Source: Ranitomeya imitator
Taxonomy: Eukaryota
Reading direction: 5' to 3'
Assembly (NCBI RefSeq): GCF_032444005.1
Contig: NC_091283.1
Location: 739,660,001-739,724,000 of the forward strand
DNA: 64,000 nt
Shown piece after piece: positions 24,103 through 38,253 of the stretch (the first letter of the stretch is position 1; the number at the start of each line of letters is the position of its first letter). Position numbers and translations under genes: made by a program. The notes under the pieces were generated by a model. The model worked only from the letters and a program-made list of their open reading frames with translations. It did no database searches and was not told the origin of the DNA.

Positions 24103-24679
24103 TATATTTTTGAGTAAAATTTAATTTTTTCTTTTATTCTATACACTACTGACAACATGTCCCCGAATTTCCAAGCAATACACTTTGTAATTTTTTTTCT
24201 GAAAAGGAGAAATGGTCACAATTAGAAAAAAAAAACCCCAGTGTTTTCAGACCTCAAATAATGCAAAGAAAACAAGTTCAGAATCATTTAGAAATTTAGA
24301 AACAACAATACTAATGTTTCAACTCAACAAAAGTTCAGAAATCAATATTTTGTGGAATAACCATGATTTTTAATCACAGCTTTCATGCATCTTTGCATGC
24401 TTTCCTCCAGTCTTTCACACTGCTTCTGGCACAAAAATGTAAGCAGTTCTTCTTTGATGGCTTGTGACTATCCATCATCCTCTTGATTACATTCCAGAGG
24501 TTTTCAATGGGGTTCAGGTCTGGAGATTGGGCTGCCCATGACAGGGTTTTGATGTGGTGGTCTCTTAATTTTTGCCAGAGCTGTATATATTTCATTTTTA
24601 AAAAAAAGAAAACAATATATGATGCATTGACAAGTCCACAACCTGCAGTAACCACCGAGCCACTAAACCGCAGCACGAC

Positions 24680-24860
24680 CAGCTCTGCCCTCACGTATTG
24701 TATCCTCACCCATCCCTTGTAGATTGTGAGCCCTCGCGGGCAGGGTCCTCTCTCCTCCTGTACAAGTCGTGACTTGTATTGATTAAGATTATTTTACTTG
24801 GTTTTTTATTATGTATACCCCCCATGGAATAAATGGCGCTATAATAATAAATAATAATAA
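24680..24860 (+). mobile_element. LINE (L2/CR1-like) 3' end fragment
   Basis: TAGATTGTGAGCCCTCGCGGGCAGGG...GGCGCTATAATAATAAATAATAAT tail. Confidence 0.55.
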
Positions 24861-25876
24861 TTCCTTCTAAAGGAGTAATTTCACGAAGAAGTCGGGAAAA
24901 CTGTGCCTTGCCTGACATTACAATTTCAGAAATCTTCTATTGATTAAGGACTATGGTTATCAAGATAAAGACAGTGTCTACTACTTCCAGACCTGTAGGT
25001 AATAATCAGTGATCCATAGAAAGGGGTCTTTTATTTGACTATGGGCTACATGGCTTCACATTTCAGTGCCACTTTATCTGCGTATCAGGCCTTAACAAAA
25101 ATTGTTTTGAGATGACGCAAAATATATTGCAGTACAGTCTATTAGTATATGCAAAGTGGATTCAATTACGGTACAATGCCAAATAACCAGTGAGAACGGG
25201 GAGATTTAGAATAAAGGTGAACTCTTGGGCACTTCACGAAGGATATATTTCGGCAACCTGCAGTGAAGATATGTTTTACAGACGCCTACCTCCCAAACAT
25301 TCTCTCTGCATGCCTTCAGAGATCTTCCTCATTTCCCCAGCTGAACCAACAGATTCAGGATTCTCTCAGACAACACCAGAGAAACATGATGAAGAAATTG
25401 TTGAAAACTAAACAAAACTTCAATGTTTTTGCAGTGTTTGCATATAGATAAGAAAGGCTGGATAATAACAACAAACACGTTGCCAAGTAAATCCCAATCT
25501 GATTGCCTCAGGCATTGCATTGTTTTATTTGGGGTTACATGGCTAAAACTAAAATTACATCTTGGCTTCCAAAAAAATATTTAAGTCCTAAGGGAATAGA
25601 AAACATGAGACGCAAAGGAGAAACTGGAGCAAAACTTTAATGCAAAATATTTTAAAAACACAACTAACTGCAATATCCCAGAAAGGTTTATTTGAGTAGG
25701 TTGTAGTGTTAAATATATTTTTCCCTAATGAGTGCCGAGACATTAACTTTTTATGAGCTGCAATTAATCTCAATAGCATAAAGGATATTGTATTGGGGTT
25801 GGCCACATTCAAAAACATTTTCTGTTTTACTATCAGAGGGCCAACACTCACAGTATCTTCAGAACGCTCCGATATG

Positions 25877-27010
25877 CAGTGGGTGAAAACAGTATTGAAC
25901 ACATCGCTAATTTTCTAAGAAATATATACTTATCAAAGTGCTATTGACATGGAATTCTCACCAGATCTCAGTAAAAACCCATCCAATCCACACAGAAGTA
26001 GAAATGAAATCATAGATGTCCATAAATTATGTGTAATAATGGGAAATAATGCAAGGAAATAGCATTGAATACATGAAGAAAGAGAGGTGCAAAAAGCCGT
26101 GGAAAGTCATGACACCAACTGAAATCTATCAGGAATTAGAAAGCAATCCAGCCATTTAGTGAAAAATAATATCAGCTGGTTCAACTGATGGCCCATAAAT
26201 AGGTGTCTCATTACCAAGGTGCCACACAAGAAACATCTCATGATGGGTAAAACCAGTGAGCTGTCTCAAGACCTTCACATCCTTCTTGATGACAAACATA
26301 CTGATGGGATTGGTTACAGAAGAATTTCTAAACTACTGAAGGCTCCAGTGAGCAATGTTGGGGTCATAATCTGGAAATATAAAGAACATCATTTCACCAT
26401 AAACCGGCCACAAACAGAGAGAGTAAAAATAATTATCAGATAAGATGTCCAAGAGCCAAGGGCCACTCGTGGAGAACTACAGAAAGACCTGAAATCAGGA
26501 GATGCAATTGTTTCAATGAAAACTAAAAGTAATGCACTAAACCTCCATGGCCTGTATGCACACTCACCAAGCAAGACTCCATTGCTGAACAAAAGGCAGG
26601 TTTAAGAGCATTTACGGTTTGCTCAACAACATTTAGACGAGCTTGATAAGTACTGGGAGAATATAGTTCTGTCAGATGAGACCAAACTTGAGCTCTTTAT
26701 GTGCTGTAATACACACCATGTTTGGAGCCAAACAGGCACTGCATACCACCCTGAAAACACCACGCTAACAGTGAAGTTTGAAGATGGGAACATCATGTTG
26801 GGGGGCTGTTTTTCAACACACAGCACTGCCAAACTTCATATAATTGAAGAAAGGATGAATGGACAGATATAACGAGACAGTCTGGATAAAAAGCTGCTGC
26901 CATCTAACGGGATGAAGAAGATGAAACAAGGGAGGACGTTTCAGCAAGACAATAATCCCAAAAACAATGCCAAAAAAACTCTCAGTTGATTTCAGATAAA
27001 GAAAATAAAG
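25877..27010 (+). mobile_element. Decayed, 3'-truncated Tc1-like transposon
   Basis: TIR-like CAGTGGGTGAAAACAGTATTGAACAC. Frameshifted transposase pieces MGKTSELSQDL, VLSDETKLEL and FQQDNNPK. Confidence 0.85.
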
Positions 27011-28912
27011 CATAAAGCTGAAAGTCTGTGTGTGTGTGCGTGCGTGCGTGCGCACGCGCGTATGTCCGGGATTGGCATCTGCACCGTCGCAGCTACAGCC
27101 ACAAAATTTTGCACAGTCACACGTCTGGACCCCGAAAGCATCATAGGCTGTGTTGTGAAGCAAAAGTTTAACCCCGCGCGTTCCAATTCACCAAACAAAT
27201 TTGCCCCATCTACATAATGGGGAAAAGTGAAAGGAAAAGTATTGGAGGCAAATTGACAGCTGCCAAATGTGAACAAGATGACAGCAATGGCGTCAAAGAG
27301 TATATACCGTACAGTTGCTAAGGTGGGGTCACAACATGGGATACTCACCACACACGGGGATATGAACACACACACAAGTTGCGCCACACACTACCACGTG
27401 CTTGAACACATATACCACCCTCAGCACACATTTCACCACACATACACCAACCTCGCCACATAAAAGTCGAAACACTAAAGTCGCCACTCCAAACTCACCA
27501 TGCACAAAATTCGCCACATGCAAAACTAGGCTCAGTCAAAACTCGCCACACGTGCAAAACTCACCTCATGGAAAACTCGCCACACGCAAAACTTGCACAC
27601 GTGGAAAAATTGCCACATGCCCAAAAGTTGCAACACATGCAAAAGTTGCCTCACACAAAACTTGCACCTACTCAAAACGCACCACACATAAAACTCGCCA
27701 CGCGCAAAACTCGCCATGCGCAAAACTTGCTTCACACAACTTGCTACACTAACCTGTCACATGCAACTCGACACACAAAAAGTTGCTACACGCATGTTGC
27801 CACACAAAACTCATCTCACAAAAGTCGCTACAAGCATGTCGCCACACGCAACTCAGCACACACAACTTGACACATGAAACTCGCCCTAAAATACACACAA
27901 GTCTGGTATTATCCTTTAAAAATAAAAATCTGATTAATAAGCAGACAAACTACAAGAGCAACAAATGTACCATATAGGAAACACGGCAGCTGTCAGTCAC
28001 ATGACGTGTCTATTATGTGCATGTGTGAGCTAATATATACTGCCAGGGGGAGGGCTTCCTGTTGGCTGGGGATTTATCAGGCTGCCAATTTAGCTTACAA
28101 ATACTGAGGCAAAAATACTGACACAATAACGAGTGAACGAGGTCTAATACAGGAGGAGATGACACACAGGTACATACTATATACAGGGGAGATGACACAC
28201 AGATATATACTATGTAGAGGAGCAGATGACACGCAGGTATATACTATATACAGGAGGAGATGACTTACAGGTATATACTATATACAGGAGGAGATGACAT
28301 ACAGGTACATACTATATAAAAGAGCAGATGACATACAGCAGGTACATACTATATACAGGGGAGATGACATACAGGTATATACTATATACAGGAGGAGATG
28401 ACATACAGCAGGTATATACTATTTACAGGGGAGATGACATACAGATATATACTATATACAGGGGAGATGACATACAGGTATATACTATATACAGGAGATG
28501 ATATACAGGTGTATACTATATATAAGGGAGATGACAAACATGTATATAATGAGGGGAAAATGAGAGGTGTGAGGTGAAAATGAGAGTTGTGAGGTGAAAA
28601 TGAAAAGGTGTGAGTGCAAAATGAGAGGATTGAGGGAAAATAGTGGAGTGATCGGAAAATGACAGATGTTAGGTCGAAATGACAAGTTTTAGGGGGGAAT
28701 GAGAGGAGTGAGGGGGGAATGAGAGGAGGGTGAAAATAAGAGGAGTGAGGGGGAAAATGAGAGGTGTGAGGGAGAAAATGAGAGATGTGAGAGGGAAAAT
28801 GAAAGATGTGAAGTGCTAAATGAGAGGCGTGATGGGAAAATAAGAGAAGTGAGATGCTATAACTAACCACAGATATTTACTATGCCCAGGCAATGCCGGG
28901 CTCTTCAGCTAG
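27010..28912 (+). mobile_element. Non-autonomous Helitron-like element containing three minisatellites
   Basis: A 3' hairpin GCCCAGGCAATGCCGGGC (28884-28901) is followed by CTAG|T (28909-28913). Arrays lie at about 27440-27880, 28140-28540 and 28550-28850. The 5' TC terminus is not seen. Confidence 0.75.
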
Positions 28913-29454
28913 TTTCAATATAAAATATAACAAAGGAACTAAAGTTCAGACTTCATAGAAGGAGTCCATGGATCCCACAGGATAAAAAGAGTGTTTTTGT
29001 GGAAGAATGGACCAAAATTACACATGAGCAAGGCATGCGACTGGTTTCTCCATACAGGAGGCATTTTAAAGTTGTAATCACCAACAAAGACGTTTCTACA
29101 TTATTTACATCACCTATGCAATAACAAGGAAATTCTGAAAACATGACTTGTCAGTAGTACTCAAGGACTGCCTGATATTTGAAGATAACACCTTTTCACC
29201 TTAAATACCCAGATACCCCATATGGGAGACAAACATTTCAGTACTTTTATACTTTGTGAAAATGTATATGGTAAATTAATAGTAATAGCACAGGTATGAG
29301 GGACACTTGTAAGTCATTTATTGTATTGCCTTTGTAATGTAAATCCAAAAAGATTCATGAAATCAAAGGATAAATAACATAATTAGGATACTGTGAGGTC
29401 AAATACGATGTGTAAACTGTAACCTGTCCCCTAAGTGTAGTTTTGTATTAAAAG

Positions 29455-29694
29455 TGGTTGGTTAGCACTGCAGCCTCGCAACACTGGAGTCCTGGGTTCA
29501 AATCCCACCAAGGACAACATCTGCAAGGAGTTTGTATGTTTGCGTGAGTTTTCTCTGGGTTCTCCGGTTTCCTCCCACATTCCAAAGACATACTGATAGG
29601 GAATTTAGATTGTGAGCCTCATTGGGGACAGTGATGATAATGTGTGTAAACTGTAAAGCACTACCGAATATGTTAGCGCTATATAAAAATAAAG

Positions 29695-29730
<36 letters not shown>
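29455..29730 (+). mobile_element. tRNA-derived SINE (V-SINE-like) with (ATT)n tail
   Basis: Box A TGGTTAGCAC, box B GGGTTCAAATCCC, core GGTTTCCTCCCACATTCCAAAGAC and an ATT microsatellite tail. A 5'-truncated copy lies at about 36420-36540. Confidence 0.85.
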
Positions 29731-29732
<2 letters not shown>

Positions 29733-30539
29733 AAAGAATAAGAAAAAACATAAGATGAAGAGTAACATTTTTCATATAAGCATAAAACTTCATATGGTAA
29801 CATTTAAAACTGAGGAACAAAATTAAATATATATGCTTAGTTAATATTGCTATAAAATAAAGAGGTTTTCGACAATTGCTTAATTATTAATTTGTCACTG
29901 GCTTTTTATGCTAGGAATCCCGATGGCACTAATGACCTGTGGAGATGAGAAACTCTTTGGAGTGTGCATTGGGAAGGGGGAAGGTTAAGGTGATTAACTG
30001 GTGCTAACAAGTTTAGGATGTGGAAGAACTATTTTCTTGGACGTCCATCAAAGGAAGGATAGAATGTTCCTGGGGGAGGGGTGGAAGGGAAGAAGCAGCT
30101 ATGTATTTAACAGATGATGATTCTCTGTGTACCCACTCTTCTCCCAGCACTGCTAAGCCTGTTTCTGTCCATCCCATCCCTGTCCATTACAAGCAGGCAC
30201 CAGACTAGAAACCTGGAGTCAAGAATACAGGCTGGCAGCTGATCTGAAAAGTGATCATACATAAGGAGAGTTCATTACCCTTCCTGTTGATCTCTACTTT
30301 GAGGACACTCAGCATAATTAAACCAGTGCATTGCTCATTCCCATTGACACCTCAGTGAGTCTGATCTAGTTTTTGGTCAGAGCAGGCAAAATGCCACAAT
30401 GCAAGGGAATATATTCTGTAAAAAGAGAGTCTGTGCCTAAATGTACTGAAAAAGAGGTACAAACGGTACAAACGGAATAGGATTTTATCCAAGTATGAAA
30501 AGGTGAAGTATATACAATATTGTATCATACAATTAGGTT

Positions 30540-30645
30540 CTGTAGAAGGACGTAGATCTGGGGATTTATTATGATGGAATATAGGCTGAACTGGATGGAC
30601 AAATGTCTTTTTTCGGCCTTACTAACTATGTTACTATGTTACTAT
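30540..30645 (+). mobile_element. CR1-like LINE 3' end
   Basis: GGCTGAACTGGATGGAC...(ACTATGTT)n tail. Confidence 0.7.
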
Positions 30646-31530
30646 AGGGTAGTGCGCTCATCTTATTGGGTTGTGTGTGACACAACCACTAGCGTATGGC
30701 ATCCGATGCAAGAGCATTGGAAGTGATATGCTGCTCTGCTGCAAGGGGAACCGAGTGTCATGCTACTGTGGTCCGATCCTCTTGTACAGAGAGGACTGAA
30801 GCACAGCTGCGGAGAAGGTGGAGAAAGTAATTTCTCCATCTCCTCCACTGCCAGCGTTGGCGTATATTGCACCACACTCGGATGATATCTGAGTGATGTG
30901 CGTTGTGTCACTGGCACCCATAGACTTATATGGGTGCAAGTGAGTCGAGACTCGGCCGAGTGTCGTTGCCAATCGCCTCATGCTGATTTGGCATGAGAAA
31001 ATAATTGTTGATGTGATCTGCCCCATAAATTAACCCTGGTCCGAGTGTTATGCAATGTTTTCTCACATAGCACTGGTCAGTATTCTACGCTAGTGTCACC
31101 CCGACCTTATACCGTGACTGTCAACTGTTGCAACATCCACAGAGAATAAAAATCGTGATACACAAATAGGATTAGTGGATTTCAAATGTGCCACTGATTG
31201 GGGTTGTCCTGAGGAAGGAGTAGCTATTGACTTTGAAATGTATTGACAATAAACCCCTTTCCAATATTAAAGGTAACCTGTCTGCAGGATTGTGCACAGT
31301 AACCTACACACAGTGTCACGTTGGTGCCATTATTCTGATTAAAATGATACCTGGGGTGATGTAATCCATCTTGTGGTTGTTGTTCAATCTTTATTTTCAG
31401 ATTTGAGTTAATGATATGCTCGTGTTCCGGGGCAGCCTGTGGAGGTCTTCATGGGGTGCTCTGATTAGGTATTTATACTGATAACGTCTGACAGGTTACT
31501 GATCCCTCACTAACCTGCCCCCTATTTTAA

Positions 31531-32786
31531 CCCCTTCACCCCCGGAGCTTTTTCCGCTTTTTCATTTTCGTTTTTTGCTCCCCTCCTTCCCAGAGCCATA
31601 ACTTTTTTATTTTTCCGTCAATATGGCCATGTGAGGGCTTATTTTTTGCGGGATGAGATGTACTTTTGAAAGATATCATTGGTTTTACCATGCCATGTAA
31701 CAGAAAACGGGAAAAAAATTCCAAGTGTGATGAAATTGCAAAAAAGTGCAATCTCACACTTGTTTTTTGTTTGGCTTTTTTGCTAGCTTCACCAAATGCT
31801 AAAACTGACCTGCCATTATGATTCTCCAGGTCATTACGAGTTCATAGACACCTAACATGTTTAGGTTATTTTTTATCTAAGTGGTGAAAAAAAATTCCAA
31901 AGTTTGCTTAAAAAAAAAAAAAAAAATTGTGCGATTTTCCGATACCCGTAGCGTCTCCAATTTTCATGATCTGGGGTCAGGTGAGGGCTTATTTTTTGCG
32001 TGCCGAGTTGGCATTTTTAATGATACTGTTTTGGTGTAGATACGTTCTTTTGATCGCCCGGTATTGCATTTTAATGCAATGTCGCGGCGACCAAAAAAAT
32101 GTAATTTTGGCGTTTTGATTTTTTTTCTCGCTACACCATTTAGCGGTCAGGTTAATCCTTTGTTTTTATTGATAGATCGGGCGATTCTGAACGCGGCGAT
32201 ACCAAATATGTGTAGGTTTGATTTTTTTTTAATTGTTTTATTTTGATTGGGGCGAAAGGGGGGTGATTTGAACTTTTATATATTTTTTTTTATTTTTTAC
32301 ATTTTTAATCACTTTTTTTTTTTAATTTTGGCATGCTTCAATAGCCTCCATAGGAGGCTAGAAGCATTCATAACTCGATCGGCTCTGCTACATAGAGGTG
32401 AAGTACAGATCACCTCTATGTAGCAGAAATGCAGGGTTGCTTTGAACGCCGACCACACGATGGCGCTCAAAGCAATCGGCCATCAACAACCATAGAGGTC
32501 TCAAGGAGACCTCTGGTTGTTATGGCAATGCACTGCTGACCCCCGATCATGTGACGGGGGTCAGCAGTGCGAGCACTTCCGGGAGCGCTAGTAAAATGCC
32601 GCTGTCAGCGCTTGACGGCGGCATTTAACTAGTTAATGGACGCGATTCCGCTCGCGCTCATTGGGCGCACATGTCAGCTGTACAAAACAGCTGACATGTC
32701 ACGGCTTTGAGGTGGGCTCACCGCCGGAGCCCACCTCAAAGCAGGGGATCTGCCAGCTGACGTACTCTTCAGCTGGCAGAAAGGGG
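31531..32786. mobile_element. piggyBac-like non-autonomous element
   Basis: TTAA-CCCCTTC...AAGGGG-TTAA. Confidence 0.75.
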
Positions 32787-32925
32787 TTAAATAAATTCAC
32801 AACGTCAAACCCGCAGCAATTACTGACTGTATGCACATACCCTAAAAGGTGTATTAATATCTAAGACATTTATGGCATGTCCACAGGATGTGCCATAGTA
32901 GTCTGGGATGGAAATACCCCTTTAA

Positions 32926-35900
32926 CCCCTTCATGACCCAGCCTATTTTGACCTTAAAGACCTTGTTTTTTGCAATTCTGACCAGTGTCCCTATATGAGG
33001 TAATAACTCAGGAACGATTCAACGGATCCTAGCGGTTCTGAGATTGTTTTTTCGTGACATATTGGGCTTCATGTTAGTGGTAAATTTAGGTCAATAAATT
33101 CTGTGTTTATTTGTGATAAAAACGGAAATTTGGTGAAAATTTTGAAAATTTCGCAATTTTCACATTTTGAATTTTTATTCTGTTAAACCAGAGAGTTATG
33201 TGACACAAAATAGTTAATAAATAACATTTCTCACATGTCTACTTTACATCAGCACAATTTTGGAAACAAAATTTTTTTTTGCTAGGAAGTTATAAGGGTT
33301 AAAATTTGACCAGCGATTTCTCATTTTTACAACGAAATTTACAAAACCATTTTTTTAGGGGCCACCTCACATTTGAAGTCAGTTTGAGGGGTGTATATGG
33401 CTGAAAATACCCAAAAGTGACACCATTCTAAAAACTGCACCCCTCAAGGTGCACAAAACCACATTTCAGAAGTTTATTAACCCTTCAGGTGCTTCACAGC
33501 AGCAGAAGCAACATGGAAGGAAAAAATGAACATTTAACTTTTTAGTCACAAAAATGATCTTTCAGCAACAATTTTTTGCTGGACCCCGAAATGAACTTAT
33601 CTAGATGTGAGGTGAGCACTTTGAACCCCCAAGTGCTTCACAGAAGTTTATAACGCAGAGCCGTGAAAATAATAAATACGTTTTCTTTCCCCAAAAATAA
33701 TTTTTTAGCCCAGAATTTTTTATTTTCCCAAGGGTTACAGGAGAAATTGGACACCAAAAGTTGTTGTCCAGTTTCTCCTGAGTACGCTGATACCCCATGT
33801 GTGGGGGTAAACCACTGTTTGGGCGCACGTCGGGGCTCAGAAGGGAAGTAGTGACTTTTGAAATGCAGACTTTGAAGGAATGGTCTGCGGGTGTCACGTT
33901 GCGTTTGCAGAGCCCCTGGTGTGCCTAAACAGTAGAAACCCCCCACAAGTGACCCCATTTTGTAAACTAGACCCCCCAAGGAACTTATCTAGATATGTGG
34001 TGAGCACTTTGAACCCCCAAGTGCTTCACAGACGTTTACAACGCAGAGCCGTGAAAATAAAAAATAATTTTTCTTTCCTCAAAAATGATGTTTTAGCAAG
34101 CAATTTTTTATTTTCTCAAGGGTAACAGGAGAAATTGGACCCCAGTAATTGTTGCGCAGTTTGTCCTGAGTATGCTGGTACCCCATATGTGGGGGTAAAC
34201 CACTGTTTGGGCGCACCTCGGGGCTCGGAATTGAGGGAGCACCATTTGACTTTTTGAATACAAGATTGGCTGGAATCAATGGTGGTGCCATGTTGCGTTT
34301 GGAGACCCCCTGATGTGCCTAAACAGTGGAAACCCCTCAATTCTAACTCCAACACACCCCTAACCCTTATCCCAACTGTAGCCGTAACCCTAATCACAAC
34401 CCTAACCCCAACACACCCCTAACCACAACCCTAACCCCAACACCCCTAACCTTAACCACAACCCTAATTCCAACCCAACCCTAACCCTAAGGCTATGTGC
34501 CCACGTTGCGGATTCGTGTGAGATTTTTCAGCACCATTTTTGAAAAATCCGCGGGTAAAAGGCACTGCGTTTTACCTGCGGATTTACCGCGGATTGCCAG
34601 TGTTTTTTGTGCGGTTTTCACCTGCGGATTCCTATTGAGGAACAGGTGTAAAATGCTGCGGAATCCGCACAAAGAATTGACATGCTGCAGAAAATACAAC
34701 GCAGCGTTTCCGCGTGGTATTTTCCACACCATGGGCACAGCGGATTTGATTTTCCATGTTTACATGGTACTGTAAACCTGATGGAACATTGCTGCGGATC
34801 CACAGCCAAATCCGCACCGTGTGCACATAGCCTAATTCTAAAGTTATGTGCACACGCTGCGGAAAACGCTGCGGATCCGCAGCAGTTTCCCATGAGTTTA
34901 CAGTTCAATGTAAACCTATGGGAAACAAAAATCGCTGTACACATGCTGCAGAAAAACTGCACGGAAACGCAGCGGTTTACATTCCGCAGCATGTCACTTC
35001 TTTCTGCGGATTCCGCAGCGGTTTTACAACTGCTCCAATAGAAAATCGCAGTTGTAAAACCGCAGTGAAATGCGCAGAAAAACCGCGGTAAATCCGCGAT
35101 AAATCCACAGCGGTTTAGCACTGCAGATTTATCAAATCCGCTGCGGAAAAATCCGCAGAGGACCAGAATATGTGTGCACATACCTAACCCTAACCCTAAC
35201 CCTAGTTCTAACTCCAACCTTAGTGAAAATAAAAAAAATTATTTTTTTTATTATTGTCCCTACCTATGGGGGTGACAAAGGAAGGGGGGTCATTTACTGT
35301 TTTTTTATTTTGATCACTGTGATAGGTTTTATCACAGTGATCAAAATTCACTCTGGAACGAATCTGCCGGCCGGCAGATTCGGCGGGCGCACTGCGCATG
35401 TGCCCGCCATTTTGGAAGATGGCGGCGCCCAGGAAAGAAGACGGACGGACCCCGGGAGGCTCGGTAAGTATAAGGGGGGGGGAGATCAGGGCACGGGGGG
35501 GCGTCGCAGCACGGGGGGGTGGATCGGAGCATGGGGGGGTGGATCGTAACACTGGGGGTGGATCGGAGCACGGGGGGGTGGATTGGAGCACAGGGGGGTG
35601 GATCGGAGTGCGGGGGGTGGATCGGTGTGCGGAGGGGGTGGATCGGAGTGCAGGGGGGGTGGATTGGAGCACGGGGGTGGGATTGGAGCACGGGGGAGCG
35701 GACAGGAGGACGGGGGAGCGGAGCACAGGACGGAGGGGAGCGGACCACAGATCATAGGGCTGGGGGGGCGATCGGTGGGGTGGGGTGGGGGCACATCAGT
35801 GTTTCCAGCCATGGCCGATGATATTGCAGCATCGGCCATGGCTGGATTGTAGTATTTCACCAGTTTTTTAGGTGAAATATTACAAATCGCTCTGATTGGC

Positions 35901-36132
35901 AGTTTCACTTTCAACAGCCAATCAGAGCGATCGTAGCCATGAAGGGGGGTGAAGCCACCCCCCCTGGGCTAAAGTACAACTCCTCCTGTCCCTGCAGGCC
36001 GGGTGAAATTGGAGTTAACCCTTTCACCCGGCCTGCAGGAGCCAAATCCGGCCATGACGCATATGCTGCATCACAGGTCGGATTGGCACGGGTTTTCATG
36101 ACGCATACGGTGCGTCAAAGGTCGGGAAGGGG
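32926..36132. mobile_element. piggyBac-like composite element with satellite units, CCCTAA repeats and nested Harbinger MITEs
   Basis: TTAA-CCCCTTCATGACC...GGTCGGGAAGGGG-TTAA. Satellite marker GAACTTATCTAG at 33593 and 33981. CCCTAA-like arrays at about 34355-34490 and 35182-35220. Confidence 0.75.
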
Positions 36133-38253
36133 TTAATGATCACCACACTATTGTCCTGTATTGTCCTAAAAGAAGCATTCTAATGCCAGTCATTCATAGT
36201 TCAGATGGGAATGTCCATCATTGTTCAGAGACTAAATTTGTTGGGACTATAGGAAAAGCTGAGTTTCTCTAACTCCCATTCACTTCTATGAAAGTTCTGA
36301 AAACAGCAACATTATTTCCATAATCTCAATCACCTGTGGCAGCCACATAAAGAAGGATATTACAATTTCAGCCATCGATCAAAAGACCAGAGGGACCCTA
36401 TATAACTCTCATTTCATATACATACTGATAGGGAATTTAGATTGTGAGCCCCATCAGGGACAGTGATGATAATGTGTGCAAAACTGTAAAGCGCTGCGGA
36501 ATATATTAGCGCTATATAAAAATAAAGATTATTATTATTATTTATTTATGATCTATGGAGAGTTCAGCCCATAAATGCAGCTTTTGCTGTAGTTTCTGAA
36601 CCAAATCAAATTTGTGTCGTTTTGTGGGAAAAACTCAAAAAGAAGAAAACTTTTATAATTACTGATGCCACGGGGTTTTTTAGGAGGCATTCATGTGTTT
36701 GGCAGAAAACAGTGAATAACAAATACTGTGTGAAAATCCCATGTGCTGAATATTTTTATTCTAAAGGTCAGAACAATTACGCGTATACCAAGCTGATGAA
36801 GTTTTGAATGTTTTACTACATTAGTTTACAAAGTCAGTTAAAAAAAATCAACACATTCTGAGACCCGTAACTTTTTAACATTTCATTTATTTTATAATAT
36901 GCGGTCAGGAAACCCATTAGACTCAGCAATATCATCATGGGGGCAAAGAGGTGACAGACGCAGTCGCTATTGAACAGACGCAGTCGCTATTGAACGCTAT
37001 TGTCCTTATAAAAATTCTTCCACTAGACTTACTTTTTTTTAATCGCTTCTAGGATAGCCAGAATGGATTAAAGGGGATCTGGCAGTAGGATCAAGTCTCC
37101 TATGGCATTTACATGGGCATGCAGGTCTAAAGAAGCTGAAAAAATTATTGTTTCATATCTGCAATCCAGTGTCTTATTCCAGAGAAATTCATTTTTTTTT
37201 CTTATTTTCAAATGAGCTGTCAAGTTCTATGGGCATGACATAGATCTCCCTGAGAATCTACCACCAGAGCTTATTTTAACCAAAAGTGTGAGTTACCAAT
37301 GTGAAATATGTAATGACTGACAATTTGCTCTCATAATCACACAGAGCTAATACAGTACAACAGATGTGATGTTTGTCTCATTACAAAAAAACCTTTACAG
37401 TGCTTCAGCTTCCATCGTTCTGGCAGCCAGTGTGGGGAAAATGCTCCCAGCTTTGTAAGAAGACAACTGCAAATGTGCTTGTAGTGTGTTAGCTATACAC
37501 AGGTCAGCAGAAGATGCCAGCACAGTGAGAAGAAAAGTGTTGCTGAAAATGTTTGTAATGAGACAAAGTTCACTTCTGCTGTACTGTGTTAGCTCTGATC
37601 TGACAGCAGAACTGTATCAGTTATTACTTGGTTCACACTTAGGCTAGGTTCACATTGCGTTAGGGCAGTCCGTTTAGCGCATAGCGCTATGGACTGCGCT
37701 AATGCAATGTTCTAAAAGGGATCGCGTTTGCCGATCCCGCAAGCACAGATACCCGATCTGTGCTAGCGAGGAAGGACCTCGGACGATGCAAGCAGCATCC
37801 GCGGTCCATCCAAAAATAGCATGCGCTAGCGATGCACTAGAGATCCGTTAGCACACTGCCGTCAATGGGTGCGCTAATGGATCCGTTGCATGGCGTTAAT
37901 GGCGACAATTTCGCCATGTAACAGAGTCCGCTAGCGTTAACCCATTAACGCAATGTGAACCTAGCCTTAGTTCCCCCTTTCATATAACATGAGCTTTGGA
38001 GGCAGATTCTCATACAGAGTAGTGTCCGGTCCATAGATCTCAACAGCTCATTTACATATAAGAAAAATGTGGATTTCTCAGGAATAAGACATCCAATCAC
38101 ATATATCAAATTATCTTTTCATTCAACTTTCTATGATGTACATAGCCACATAGACAGCTCAGAATGGTTGATGCTATTGCCAGATTCCCTTTAATACAAA
38201 GTACGGCTGAACATTTACAACAGTTACAACTCATTCTAATGATTGGTGATGAT

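Larger units (their letters stand above)
22447..24583 (-). mobile_element. Internally deleted Tc1-like element
   Basis: 27-bp TIR CAGCTCTGGCAAAAATTAAGAGACCAC at both ends with TA flanks. The minus-strand remnant reads WAAQSPDLNPIENLW. Confidence 0.9.

Noticed and set aside
25190-25902. Several 60-104 aa ORFs in unique-looking DNA
   Set aside because: No consistent frame, splice structure or recognisable protein.
35341-35914. Pro-rich and Gly-rich ORFs
   Set aside because: Products of a GC-rich ~20-bp minisatellite (GGGGGTGGATCGGAGCAC).
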